A program made the position numbers and the translations under genes. Below, piece by piece: positions 41,511-50,500 of a stretch of 64,000 bases of DNA. The notes under the pieces were generated by a model. The model was not told the origin of the DNA, did no database searches, and was given only the letters and a program-made list of their open reading frames with translations. Each line of letters opens with the position of its first letter. Position 1 is the stretch's first letter. Source of the stretch: Candidatus Nomurabacteria bacterium (GTDB lineage: Bacteria > Patescibacteriota > Patescibacteriia > UBA1558 > GWA2-36-10); assembly GCA_020632415.1 (NCBI GenBank), contig JACKFO010000002.1:322732-386731 (forward strand), read 5' to 3'.

Positions 41511-42905
41511 TTATTTTTTCAAACTCAAATGCAATTCATCTAGCTGCGCTTTTGAAACATCGCTTGGTGAATCCATCAAAGGATCACGATTATCTGAAGT
41601 CTTTGGGAAAGCCATGACTTCGCGGATGCTGTCTTCGCCAGCTAAAATCATCAACAAACGATCCAGGCCAATAGCAATGCCGCCGTGTGGTGGCACACCA
41701 TATTTAAAAGCTTCTAATAAATGACCAAATTGAGATTGTACTTCTTCTTCACTATGGCCCAAAGCCTTGAAAACTTTGGCTAAAATCTCAGCACTGTGCG
41801 TTCTAATACTACCGCCAGCAATCTCAGAGCCATTTAAAACTAAATCGTATTGTTTGGCTTTGATCTCACCTAAATCTCCGGCTTCTACTTTAGCCAAATC
41901 AGCCTGATCAAAAGCGGTAAATGGATGATGAACAGCGCCCCATCTTTCGTCACCTTCTTTGTATTCAAACATTGGAAAATCAACTACCCAAGCAAAAGCC
42001 AGTTCATCTTTGTCTTCTTTATTTTTACGCAAATCTGGTTTATCACTTTGATATTTTTCCATCGCCTCTTTATAAGTCAAACGAGGAAATGGAACGCTCA
42101 TGATCTTTTTATCTGGAGCAACAACTTCCACCATTTTGATCATGATGGCTTCTAACATATTGATAATCTCCTCCTGATCAACAAAACTTCGCTCTACATC
42201 AATCTGCGTAAATTCAGCCTGTCTGTCACCACGTTGATCTTCATCTCTAAAACAGCGAACAACTTGAAAATATTTTTCTAAGCCGGCGACCATCAACATT
42301 TGTTTGTATTGCTGTGGACTTTGTGGTAAAGCATAAAATTTACCAGGATAATTTCTCGATGGCACCAAAAAGTCTCTTGCGCCTTCCGGAGTACTCTTGG
42401 AAAGATATGGAGTCTCAATTTCTTTGAAATCCAAAGCGTAAAATTGCTCACGAAAATTTTTAATCACTTGATGACGCAAGTTCATATTTTTGGCCATTCG
42501 TTCGTGACGCAAATCTAAATAGCGATATTTTAATCTAAGTTCTTCATTGGCTTGTCTTTCTTCGTTGACAATTTCAAATGGTGGTGTTTCAGACTCAGAA
42601 AGGATTTCTAATTCTTTGGCTAAAATTTCAATTTTACCAGTAAGTTGATCTTCGCGTTGTTGTTTTACTCCGCGCTCTTGGATCACGCCTTTGATGGAAA
42701 CGACAAATTCACTGCGTACATCGTCCAAAATATCCGCGCCTTGCGTCATTTCATCTGGCACACAAACGACTTGGATAATACCAGTAGAATCTCTTAAGTC
42801 GATAAAGCCTAATTTACCCATCCGACGATAAACATGCACCCAGCCTTTGAGAATAACTTCAGCGCCGGCTTTGAGGTCAACTGTTTCTTTAATGTAATTT
42901 TTCAT
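41511..42905 (-). CDS. aspS: aspartate--tRNA ligase, short form lacking the bacterial GAD insertion
   Basis: N-terminal OB fold. Motif 2 FRDEDQRGDRQAEFTQIDVE (FRNED type, which marks Asp). Motif 3 GGIAIGLDRL. 464 aa against about 590 for canonical bacterial AspRS. Confidence 0.85.
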   Translation of the reverse strand: MKNYIKETVDLKAGAEVILKGWVHVYRRMGKLGFIDLRDSTGIIQVVCVPDEMTQGADILDDVRSEFVVSIKGVIQERGVKQQREDQLTGKIEILAKELEILSESETPPFEIVNEERQANEELRLKYRYLDLRHERMAKNMNLRHQVIKNFREQFYALDFKEIETPYLSKSTPEGARDFLVPSRNYPGKFYALPQSPQQYKQMLMVAGLEKYFQVVRCFRDEDQRGDRQAEFTQIDVERSFVDQEEIINMLEAIMIKMVEVVAPDKKIMSVPFPRLTYKEAMEKYQSDKPDLRKNKEDKDELAFAWVVDFPMFEYKEGDERWGAVHHPFTAFDQADLAKVEAGDLGEIKAKQYDLVLNGSEIAGGSIRTHSAEILAKVFKALGHSEEEVQSQFGHLLEAFKYGVPPHGGIAIGLDRLLMILAGEDSIREVMAFPKTSDNRDPLMDSPSDVSKAQLDELHLSLKK

Positions 42906-42922
42906 AATATTTTATTTATAAA

Positions 42923-42998
42923 TGGAGCCGAGAACAGGAGTCGAACCTGCGACCCACGGTTTACGATACCGTTGCTCTACCAACTGAGCTATCTCGGC
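42923..42998 (-). tRNA. tRNA-Thr (anticodon CGU)
   Basis: GCCGAGATAGCTCAGTTGGTAGAGCAACGGTATCGTAAACCGT...TCTCGGCTCCA. Confidence 0.85.
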
Positions 42999-43022
42999 AA
43001 AAACTCGCTTAAAGCGAGTAAA

Positions 43023-43235
43023 TTATTCACCTAAATATTTTTCAATCTGACTTTTAAGCAGCCCTAAACCTTCTTTCCCTTCAGGAGAAAGCTCTACACC
43101 CTTTGCTCTTAATTCATTTAGATTAGCCATCATTCTAGTAGCATCACCAATCCTTTGATTTGCTATTTCATTAGCCAAATCCTGTTCTTCACTTCTTTCT
43201 GGATTAAGATGGTCACCTTGTCTTTCAAAGCCCAT
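43023..43235 (-). CDS. hypothetical small acidic protein (70 aa)
   Basis: Host-like composition. Followed by hairpin ACTCGCTT-aa-AGCGAGT plus a U-run (43001-43020). Confidence 0.35.
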   Translation of the reverse strand: MGFERQGDHLNPERSEEQDLANEIANQRIGDATRMMANLNELRAKGVELSPEGKEGLGLLKSQIEKYLGE

Positions 43236-43261
43236 AAATTTATTTGTTAATATTTTATTAA

Positions 43262-44551
43262 TTAAGGATTTAAACGACTAATTGTTCTTGGAAAAGGAAT
43301 CGTCTCTCTAATATGAGGAATACCGCAAACCCAAGCGACAATGCGCTCCAAGCCAAAACCAAAACCACCATGAGGCACCGAGCCATATTTACGCAAATCC
43401 AAATACCAAGAAAATGCATCTTCTGGCAAGCGATGCTCTTTGATTCTCTTTAATAGTTCTTGGTAATCATCTTCTCTTTGAGAACCACCAATAATCTCTC
43501 CATAACCCTCAGGAGCTAACAAGTCCGCACATAAAGCCTTTGATTCATCTTCAGCGTCTCGCTTCATATAAAAAGCTTTGATCTTGCTTGGATAATGGGT
43601 GACAAACAAAGGATTGTCATACTGTTTGGTCAAAATTGTTTCGTCATCAGCGCCTAAATCTTCACCATCTTTGATATCAGAACCAAGCTCTTGCAATTTT
43701 TTCACAGCTTCAACATGAGTAATTTTATAAAATGGCTTAGTAATGTTTTCTAAGGCTTTAATATCTCTTTCTAAAATTTCTAACTCTGCTTTATTTTTTT
43801 CTAAAACTGCCGAAACCATAAAACGAATTAAATCTTCTTGGACTTTCAAATTTTCTGCCAAGTCAACAAAAGCCATTTCTGCATCCATCATCCAGAACTC
43901 CGTCAAATGACGACGAGTTTTAGATTTTTCTGCTCTGAAAACTGGACCAAAATCAAAGACGCGTCCATGAGCAGCAATTGCTGCTTCTAAATAAAGCTGT
44001 CCGCTTTGTGATAAGTAAGCCTTGGTATCAAAATAATCCAATTCAAAAAGCTCAGTTGTGCCTTCACAAGCATTTGGTGTCAAAATAGGAGAATCAATTT
44101 TGATAAAATTATGTTCTCTGAAAAAATCATAAGTAGCGGAAATTAAAGTGTTGCGTACACGCATGATTGCCCACTGATGACTGGAACGCAACCATAGATG
44201 ACGATTGTCCATTAAAAAATCTACACCATGTTCTTTTTTGGCAATCGGATATTCCTCGGCAATTTGATAAAACTCAAAGTCTGAAACTTGAATTTCATAC
44301 TCTTCTTTCTTTGGATGTTTAGAAACTTTGCCGATTATTTTAACCGAACTTTCTAAACTGACTTTTTGTAGCTCTTGCCACTTTGTTTCGTCTAATTCTG
44401 TTGAACTCAAAATAGCTTGCGCAAAGCCACTTCCGTCTCGCAACTGCCAAAAGGCAATTTTTCCAGATGAACGAAAATTAGCCACCCAAGCCTTGATTTC
44501 TACTTCTTGATCGACGAATTTCGCTAAATCTTTGATTAAAACTGTTTCCAT
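43262..44551 (-). CDS. asnS: asparagine--tRNA ligase
   Basis: Class IIb synthetase. FRAEKSKTRRHLTEFWMMDAEMAF (the FRAE type marks Asn), GGSQRE, C-terminal GFGFGLERI. Confidence 0.9.
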   Translation of the reverse strand: METVLIKDLAKFVDQEVEIKAWVANFRSSGKIAFWQLRDGSGFAQAILSSTELDETKWQELQKVSLESSVKIIGKVSKHPKKEEYEIQVSDFEFYQIAEEYPIAKKEHGVDFLMDNRHLWLRSSHQWAIMRVRNTLISATYDFFREHNFIKIDSPILTPNACEGTTELFELDYFDTKAYLSQSGQLYLEAAIAAHGRVFDFGPVFRAEKSKTRRHLTEFWMMDAEMAFVDLAENLKVQEDLIRFMVSAVLEKNKAELEILERDIKALENITKPFYKITHVEAVKKLQELGSDIKDGEDLGADDETILTKQYDNPLFVTHYPSKIKAFYMKRDAEDESKALCADLLAPEGYGEIIGGSQREDDYQELLKRIKEHRLPEDAFSWYLDLRKYGSVPHGGFGFGLERIVAWVCGIPHIRETIPFPRTISRLNP

Positions 44552-44611
44552 AATTTTTATAACAATTGTTTAAATAATACCTAAATTTAAAGAAAAAAAC
44601 AAGGGAAAATA

Positions 44612-44686
44612 TGGCTGCCAGGACAGGATTCGAACCTGTAACATCTGCATTAACAGTGCAGCGTTCTACCATTGAACTACCTGGCA
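44612..44686 (-). tRNA. tRNA-Asn (anticodon GUU)
   Basis: TGCCAGGTAGTTCAATGGTAGAACGCTGCACTGTTAATGCAG...CCTGGCAGCCA. U1:A72 and G73 as in E. coli tRNA-Asn. Confidence 0.85.
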
Positions 44687-45004
44687 AAAAATATCAAAAA
44701 ACCGGTCCTTTTGGGACCGGTTTGGAAATTTGAATTAAACACCAAAAATTACCGGTCCAAGAATCGGTTATTATCATTATTATTTGAGTTGTTGTATTTT
44801 TGGTAACCCATATTTATACTTAACTATAAAACTACAATTTTGTCAAATATCCCTACCCTTTCTTTAAAAACATGTCCTTAAAACTAAACTCAACTTCATT
44901 TCTTTTAACGTTTGCAAACTCACTTGCTAAATTGACAATAGGTATAATTTTCTTCATATTTTACATTTTACTAGATAAACGACTAATTGGCAAAAGTAAA
45001 TAAA

Positions 45005-45035
45005 AAAAGGTCGACCCGAGGATCGACCGTGGAAA
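45005..45035 (-). terminator. intrinsic terminator of the cassette-G gene
   Basis: GGTCGA-cccgagga-TCGACC followed by UUUUUUU on the minus strand. Confidence 0.45.
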
Positions 45036-45052
45036 CAATTCAGAAGTCAAGA

Positions 45053-45439
45053 TTACACCCCGCCGCGAATAAACCCATAAATCCTATATGGATAACCGTT
45101 AGCAAGATTACACCCCGCCAAAATATGCACAAGTACAAGAGCGGGATCATTAAGTAATTTCTGCAAAAAACGCTCAAAATATTCCGGCGTATTTTGATTC
45201 AAACCATCACTTTTCATATCCCTCTCAATCTGATCAAACCTATCATGATGCCACTGAAATAGACGATCAGAATAAACGTACTCCGCATCATCAACACAAT
45301 CCATTCCGAAAGAAAATTTCACTTCAACACCTGAGCTCAAAAAAATAGTCTGTGGCTTCTTGAAACGACGATCAGTGTAATGAGGTTCAAGGCAACCGCT
45401 TTGAAACAATGCCTTTTTGTCGGTGATGCTCAAACTCAT
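45053..45439 (-). CDS. cytoplasmic ORFan (128 aa, cassette G)
   Basis: GC about 42%. GGAGG 6 nt upstream of ATG (MSLSITDKK...). Upstream TTGACA-17-TATTAT with an extended -10 TG (complement of 45500-45528). Track ORF trimmed from 45538. Confidence 0.45.
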   Translation of the reverse strand: MSLSITDKKALFQSGCLEPHYTDRRFKKPQTIFLSSGVEVKFSFGMDCVDDAEYVYSDRLFQWHHDRFDQIERDMKSDGLNQNTPEYFERFLQKLLNDPALVLVHILAGCNLANGYPYRIYGFIRGGV

Positions 45440-45576
45440 CTCTACCTCCTCAAAAAATCTTGTGCATTTTTTCTTTTGCTGTGTTAAGAACGAATATATT
45501 ATAATAACACAAGAATATAAATATGTCAAGAATAACAAAAAACAACCCCCGGTTTGGGGGCTGTTTAAAAGTTTAT

Positions 45577-47817
45577 TTATTCACTAATTTCTATTTTTTC
45601 TTCAATTGCCTTGATTTCTACCGGTTTAACTTCAGCAGGTTTTTCAACTTTGACTTCCACTTTTGCCTCTGGCTTTAATTCTAATGGCTCTACTTTTACC
45701 GACTCTTTTTCTACTTTTTTAACTTCTTTAATCAACTTAACCGGACTTACTGAACCACCACCAAAACTAGGCTTGATCAAATTGATCTGCAAGGCATAAA
45801 AAGCTTGTTCGCCATTTTCAGCAGTCACTTTGACTACCAAAGTATCCTGATTAACAAATTGATATTTAGCTTCTGAAATCATCGGCTTGAGTTGCTCTTG
45901 ATTTTCTGGATAAACTTGCTTATCTGCGCGGTAAACCAACAATTCAACTTGAGCTTGCTGATCTGTGGTTGCAACTTTTACTTGAGATAAATCATAATTA
46001 CCAAATAATTTTACTTGTGCTGGTTTACTTAAGTCCAATTCTTTTCCTAAATACAAGCCGGCTAATTTTACAAAATCATTATTGGCAATTGTCAATGAAG
46101 TCAAAGTATTATCAGCGCTATAGACAATCGCTTGATAAGTCACTGTTACTTTATAAAGTTTTTGCTCACCGTTTTCTGCTGTCACTCTAATCACGATAAC
46201 ATCATTTGGCAAAAGGGGTTCTCTGCCTACTATATCTAAACCAAGATCATATTTCCAAGTAGTCCAAACTCCATCACGATAAATCAAAACTTCCACGTCA
46301 GCATTTTCCCGATCATTAGCAAAGGCTTGTACGCCTTTGAAATTATCAAAATCTTCTACTTCCAAAATAGCTCCTGTACTAGTAGCACTTTCTACCTCTA
46401 CACCTGGTAGATCCAAAACGTTTTGATTGCCAACTGCAAAATATTGCAAGGTATTATCACTACCTAATTCACTACTTTGTTCAACTAGAGTATCTCCTTG
46501 TAATAAATTTAATCGGTATAAATATTTATTACCACTAATGTCTTCTAACCACAAAATCATTACTTCGCCAGCATGTAAATCCATTTCCGCTAATAACTCA
46601 TCAGTACCCGGGTAAAGCAAGCTCCAAGGCACCCAATAATCATTCCAAGTATACAAAACAGCCTTTTCTAAATTTTCAATGTTATCTAATTCAATAGTAA
46701 TTCCTTGGGCTGTTTCAAAATCAAGAATTTCTAAATTAGCTCCAAAGTCAATCATGTTCATACTTGGGTACTGCATTTTCAAACCAGGCAAACCCAGCAC
46801 ACTTTGTCCATTTACTTCAAAATCGATCAAATAATCAGAAGATAATCTTGGCTCGTCTACATATATTTTTACCTTGTACCAGCTATTAGTTTGACCATCT
46901 TCAGCAGTAATGCCTAAAGCCAAAACATCATTAGCTTCAAAAGATAAAGAATCTAAAACTTCTTCAGATCCTGGATATAAAATATCATAAGGAATCCAAT
47001 AACCTCTAAAAATATAAAGAATTCCTCTGCTGATTTTATCACTATTTGTAGTAATCTGAGTACCAATAAAATTATCTATATCATCAACCATTAAAGCAAC
47101 TCCTGGAAGAGAACTAAGCCAACCCTGGCTAGTTGCTGGCTCTGAACCTGGCAAACCAATGATCTCCTGACCGCCAACAACCCAACTTAATAAAGTAGAA
47201 TCAGTACTAGTAGTGTATTGATTTCCTTCTGGGTCAACACTTTCGTTGCCGCCATTTCCTCCGCCATTGGAAGAGCCCCCAGAATTAGATCCTCCACCTC
47301 CGCCAGAAATAAATCCTTGATTATTATTTTGATTATCAGTATTTTCATCTACTGGTAAATTTTCATTATCAAGATCAACTAAACATTGCCCGACGTCAAA
47401 ACCAGTAGCCGCAGCAACAATCACATCGGCACAGGGATCGTATTCTTCTTCAACAAGTGGGATTTCTTCTACGACCGGCTCTTGAATTGCTAAATCTTTT
47501 CCGGAAAGATCGTAATCTTTTTCTTTAGTATCTGTATAAGGAGCTGTACCAAACAAACCATAAGTGTCTGCTGGCACTCCTGAAACTTGCCATTCTGGAC
47601 CAAATTCTTGATCACCCAAAACTTGCTGAATTGGTTCAAGATTCTGTTCAATGACCGTTGTGTCTCCCAAAGCCAAAGGATCGGTTTCGGTTTTTCCAAA
47701 GCTAATTACGCTTTGAATAGAGGCGTAAGCACCTAGCACAAATAAAAGAAACAAAAGAAGATACTTGCGCTGCTTCTTTTTTTCCTGATAAATGCTTTCA
47801 TTAAAATCTTCCTGCAT
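45577..47817 (-). CDS. large secreted surface protein with Gly/Ser/Asn-rich linker, tandem cadherin-like beta-sandwich domains and Lys/Glu/Pro-rich C-terminal repeats
   Basis: Signal anchor. GGGGGSNSGGSSNGGGNGGN linker. At least four domains ending in a ...VTAENGEQKLYKVTVTY-type motif (Cadherin-like beta-sandwich family). C-terminal KVEVKVEKPAEVKPVEIK repeats. Confidence 0.6.
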   Translation of the reverse strand: MQEDFNESIYQEKKKQRKYLLLFLLFVLGAYASIQSVISFGKTETDPLALGDTTVIEQNLEPIQQVLGDQEFGPEWQVSGVPADTYGLFGTAPYTDTKEKDYDLSGKDLAIQEPVVEEIPLVEEEYDPCADVIVAAATGFDVGQCLVDLDNENLPVDENTDNQNNNQGFISGGGGGSNSGGSSNGGGNGGNESVDPEGNQYTTSTDSTLLSWVVGGQEIIGLPGSEPATSQGWLSSLPGVALMVDDIDNFIGTQITTNSDKISRGILYIFRGYWIPYDILYPGSEEVLDSLSFEANDVLALGITAEDGQTNSWYKVKIYVDEPRLSSDYLIDFEVNGQSVLGLPGLKMQYPSMNMIDFGANLEILDFETAQGITIELDNIENLEKAVLYTWNDYWVPWSLLYPGTDELLAEMDLHAGEVMILWLEDISGNKYLYRLNLLQGDTLVEQSSELGSDNTLQYFAVGNQNVLDLPGVEVESATSTGAILEVEDFDNFKGVQAFANDRENADVEVLIYRDGVWTTWKYDLGLDIVGREPLLPNDVIVIRVTAENGEQKLYKVTVTYQAIVYSADNTLTSLTIANNDFVKLAGLYLGKELDLSKPAQVKLFGNYDLSQVKVATTDQQAQVELLVYRADKQVYPENQEQLKPMISEAKYQFVNQDTLVVKVTAENGEQAFYALQINLIKPSFGGGSVSPVKLIKEVKKVEKESVKVEPLELKPEAKVEVKVEKPAEVKPVEIKAIEEKIEISE

Positions 47818-47929
47818 ATATTTTAAGATAATTTATTTTATAATCTGACAATTTTCCATCTTTACTATACCATAATTCACGAAAAAATAAAAACCCCTGC
47901 GCGTCAGGGATTTTTATCTAGTATATATT

Positions 47930-49609
47930 TTATCTATTTTCTAAAACTGGAATGTTTTCCGGTTTAATTTCTTCCACTGACTTTTGAGCGTCTTGCTCGA
48001 TCATTTGCGGTTTTTCTTCAATTTCTACTAATTCTTCACTATCTTGAAATTCAATTACTTCTATCTCTACTGGTTTAATTTCTTCCTTGATCTGAATTGG
48101 TGAAATACGGGCTGTGCCGCCACCAGAACGAATTGGCTTGATAATTTGTTCTTTTTTAGTAATTTCTTCTTTGCCTACTATCAAAACTTCAACATCTTCT
48201 TTGCTTAATTCAGTTACTGGAACTTTTGGTAAAATAGTAACTTTATACAAAGTTTCAGTTAAACCATTTTCAGAAACCACCCTGACGACAATCACATCGT
48301 TTAAAGTAAATTCTTTTTTGCTTAACTCATCAATGTCTTTGTTTTCCCATAATTGCCATTTTTTGTCTCTTAACAAAGAAACTCCCAAATAACTAGCATC
48401 TGGATCATTAGCTTCTACAAATAAGCTATTTAAATCGATGGAATCAACACAAGCATGATCTGACCATTCATGACAATTTTCTTCGCTGATTACTGGTACA
48501 AATAAACTCGCGCCTTCATCTTCCATTTTGGCAACTTTGACATTGTCTAATTTTAAAATATCATTTTGACCGATGCTAAATTTCTGCAAACTTGCATCAT
48601 TAACTTGATTGCCGATGATATTTAATTTATAAAAAGCTTGAGTTGTGCCATCTTCGGCAACTACCGTTACCTGGATAACATCACCGGGCAAAATATTTTC
48701 TTTATGTAAAGATAAAATCTTTTCGTTTTCCCAAATAAAAGTTGGTGCTGGGTAAACCAAAATTGCACTTGGACGGACAATTTCTACTTTAATATAACTA
48801 ATGTTTTGATCTTCTGGCTCTAAAAATAAACCAAGAAAATTTTTGTTTGGATCTAAACAAGTTTGACTAGAAACTTCTGTTTCTGAACAAAAATAATCAT
48901 CAATTAACAAATTTGCTCCTGTTTCAGTAAAATCTTTGACTGTTAAATTAGCAAAAGGCAAAACATCAACGAAATCAACTTTAAAAATGTTTAAGTTAGC
49001 ATTATCAGACAAAACGATTTCCGATCCGCCTCCGCCACCATTACCGCCTCCGCCATAAATAGGTCTAGTGGAAGTAGGGGTTGAAGTAGCCTCTTCATCT
49101 TGCAATAAATCTTGTAAATCTTCCCACATCAACAAACACTGATTAACAACGTCATCATTAATATCTTCTGGATTTAAAGCAGCCATCACAATATCAGCCT
49201 CAATACAATCGTCTAAAGTTAAATCTGTCAAAAGATCTTCAGTTGAAGTAGATAAGTCTTCTGCTGGAGCAACAGGAACTTTTGGTGGAGCTACAAAATT
49301 TGGTCTTTGACCACCAATTCCACCGACAAAGTCATCGGTACTAGTGCTTGACTCATCGGCCACTTCTTCTACCAAAAGCTGTTCAGATGCAACTTCTTGA
49401 TTATTATCGCTAATTTCTGGTGCTTCATCACGACCAAAAACGATAATACTTTGAATTAAGGCATAAACACCTAAAGCAAACAAAAACCAAAAAAAGAATT
49501 TCTTTTTCTTCTTTTCTTCTGGCTGAGGATTTTGATCCAAATTTTCAGTTGGCGTTTGAGCAACTTGATTGTCTGGTGATTGATCTAAATTATTTTGATT
49601 TTCTTCCAT
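47930..49609 (-). CDS. paralogous secreted surface protein with poly-Gly linker and cadherin-like beta-sandwich domains
   Basis: Same architecture as 45577..47817 (GGGGNGGGGGS; ...VVAEDGTTQAFYKLNIIG; ...VVSENGLTETLYKVTILP). In tandem with it. Confidence 0.6.
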   Translation of the reverse strand: MEENQNNLDQSPDNQVAQTPTENLDQNPQPEEKKKKKFFFWFLFALGVYALIQSIIVFGRDEAPEISDNNQEVASEQLLVEEVADESSTSTDDFVGGIGGQRPNFVAPPKVPVAPAEDLSTSTEDLLTDLTLDDCIEADIVMAALNPEDINDDVVNQCLLMWEDLQDLLQDEEATSTPTSTRPIYGGGGNGGGGGSEIVLSDNANLNIFKVDFVDVLPFANLTVKDFTETGANLLIDDYFCSETEVSSQTCLDPNKNFLGLFLEPEDQNISYIKVEIVRPSAILVYPAPTFIWENEKILSLHKENILPGDVIQVTVVAEDGTTQAFYKLNIIGNQVNDASLQKFSIGQNDILKLDNVKVAKMEDEGASLFVPVISEENCHEWSDHACVDSIDLNSLFVEANDPDASYLGVSLLRDKKWQLWENKDIDELSKKEFTLNDVIVVRVVSENGLTETLYKVTILPKVPVTELSKEDVEVLIVGKEEITKKEQIIKPIRSGGGTARISPIQIKEEIKPVEIEVIEFQDSEELVEIEEKPQMIEQDAQKSVEEIKPENIPVLENR

Positions 49610-49732
49610 ATTTTTATATAAATTATTGACGTTTCATTATAACATATTTAAATTTTAAGGCAAATCATCTCTGATATGATACCAAAAAATTACATAATTC
49701 AACTTTTGCGGATAATAACATATTTTATATAT

Positions 49733-49775
49733 TCTGTCAATATGTATTGACAGAAAAGTAAATATATGATATAAA
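49733..49775 (+). promoter_or_regulatory. promoter TTGACA-17(ends TGA)-TATAAA whose -35 lies inside a perfect 22-bp palindrome TCTGTCAATA-tg-TATTGACAGA
   Basis: Palindrome 49733-49754, -35 49747-49752, -10 49770-49775. A candidate operator overlapping the promoter. Confidence 0.55.
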
Positions 49776-49893
49776 AATACATTAATTACGTTCCTTACAA
49801 AGGAGATTGTTATAGTGTCTAGATTAACTAGATCATAGTTAGTTTGCACACTGTAACAGTCTTTCAACAATCCTCAAACAGGAGAACAAAGCC

Positions 49894-49962
49894 ATGTTCA
49901 AAAAGTGGTTTCCTAATCAAAGCAACCAGAGAGAGTCGACGTCTTCAACGCGAGTTGAGTAA
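49894..49962 (+). CDS. 22-aa upstream peptide (MFKKWFPNQSNQRESTSSTRVE)
   Basis: AGGAG 8 nt upstream. Ends 17 nt before the AAGGAGGG RBS of the next gene. Composition intermediate between host and cassette. Confidence 0.3.
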   Translation: MFKKWFPNQSNQRESTSSTRVE

Positions 49963-49979
49963 GCCTTAAGGAGGGAACA

Positions 49980-50429
49980 ATGAGTCCCAAGACCAAATTT
50001 TACTGCTGGCTGGCGGCGATGACCGTCATCACTCTGACGACTCTTTTTGTTGTCAACGCAGTGAGTGGTAATCCCACATTAGCCATATCCGCCGCATTCG
50101 GCGCGTTCGCTATCACCGTAATAGTCGCGCTCGCTGTCGCCACATCATCTGTCGTGCTCGCCGGACTCATCGCACTCCTGATCGCCAGCGGAGGCGGAGT
50201 GGTCGCGTGCGCTGTCGCACTCCTGATCACCGCCAGAGCCGGAGTGGTCGCGAACGTCGACGCATTCGCCGGACTCGCCGCCGCATCCTTAGCATTCGCC
50301 ATATCCGTCGTAATTATCTTCATCCTTTCTGCTTATAAGAGCACTCTTTCCAAGAGGCATATCCTTCTTTCAATGACGGTGGTATCCATTGTCATCGCCA
50401 CCCCGATGCTCTACCTCGCACTGCAGTAG
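49980..50429 (+). CDS. Ala-rich polytopic membrane protein (149 aa, ORFan, cassette B)
   Basis: GC about 58%. RBS AAGGAGGG. Four to five Ala/Val/Ile-rich TM helices. No known family. Confidence 0.5.
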   Translation: MSPKTKFYCWLAAMTVITLTTLFVVNAVSGNPTLAISAAFGAFAITVIVALAVATSSVVLAGLIALLIASGGGVVACAVALLITARAGVVANVDAFAGLAAASLAFAISVVIIFILSAYKSTLSKRHILLSMTVVSIVIATPMLYLALQ

Positions 50430-50463
50430 AACATTGAAACATTGACTGTTTGAAGACCAAAGT

Positions 50464-50500
50464 CCCTCACGTGCACTATGACGTGAGGGCTTTTATTTTC
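50464..50500 (+). terminator. intrinsic terminator of cassette B; its T-tract overlaps the stop codon of the convergent SDR gene
   Basis: CCCTCACGT-gcactatg-ACGTGAGGG followed by CTTTTATTTTCTTTC. The SDR TAA is the complement of 50493-50495. Confidence 0.6.

Noticed and set aside
44478-44687. 69-aa ORF overlapping tRNA-Asn, and N-terminal extensions of track ORFs 35030-35386 (through tRNA-Tyr), 1313-2599 and 59757-60116
   Set aside because: The sequence folds into canonical tRNAs. Conserved protein N-termini (MKKYHVYL, MTKTTT, MLAVIKTGGKQY) begin at internal ATGs.
44852-45000. Small hydrophobic ORFs in the 44.7-45.0 kb spacer (plus 44872-45000, minus 44852-44956)
   Set aside because: There is no SD, promoter or conservation signal, and the region is AT-rich and low-complexity. 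They are probably non-coding 3' UTR of the cassette G transcript or terminator region.
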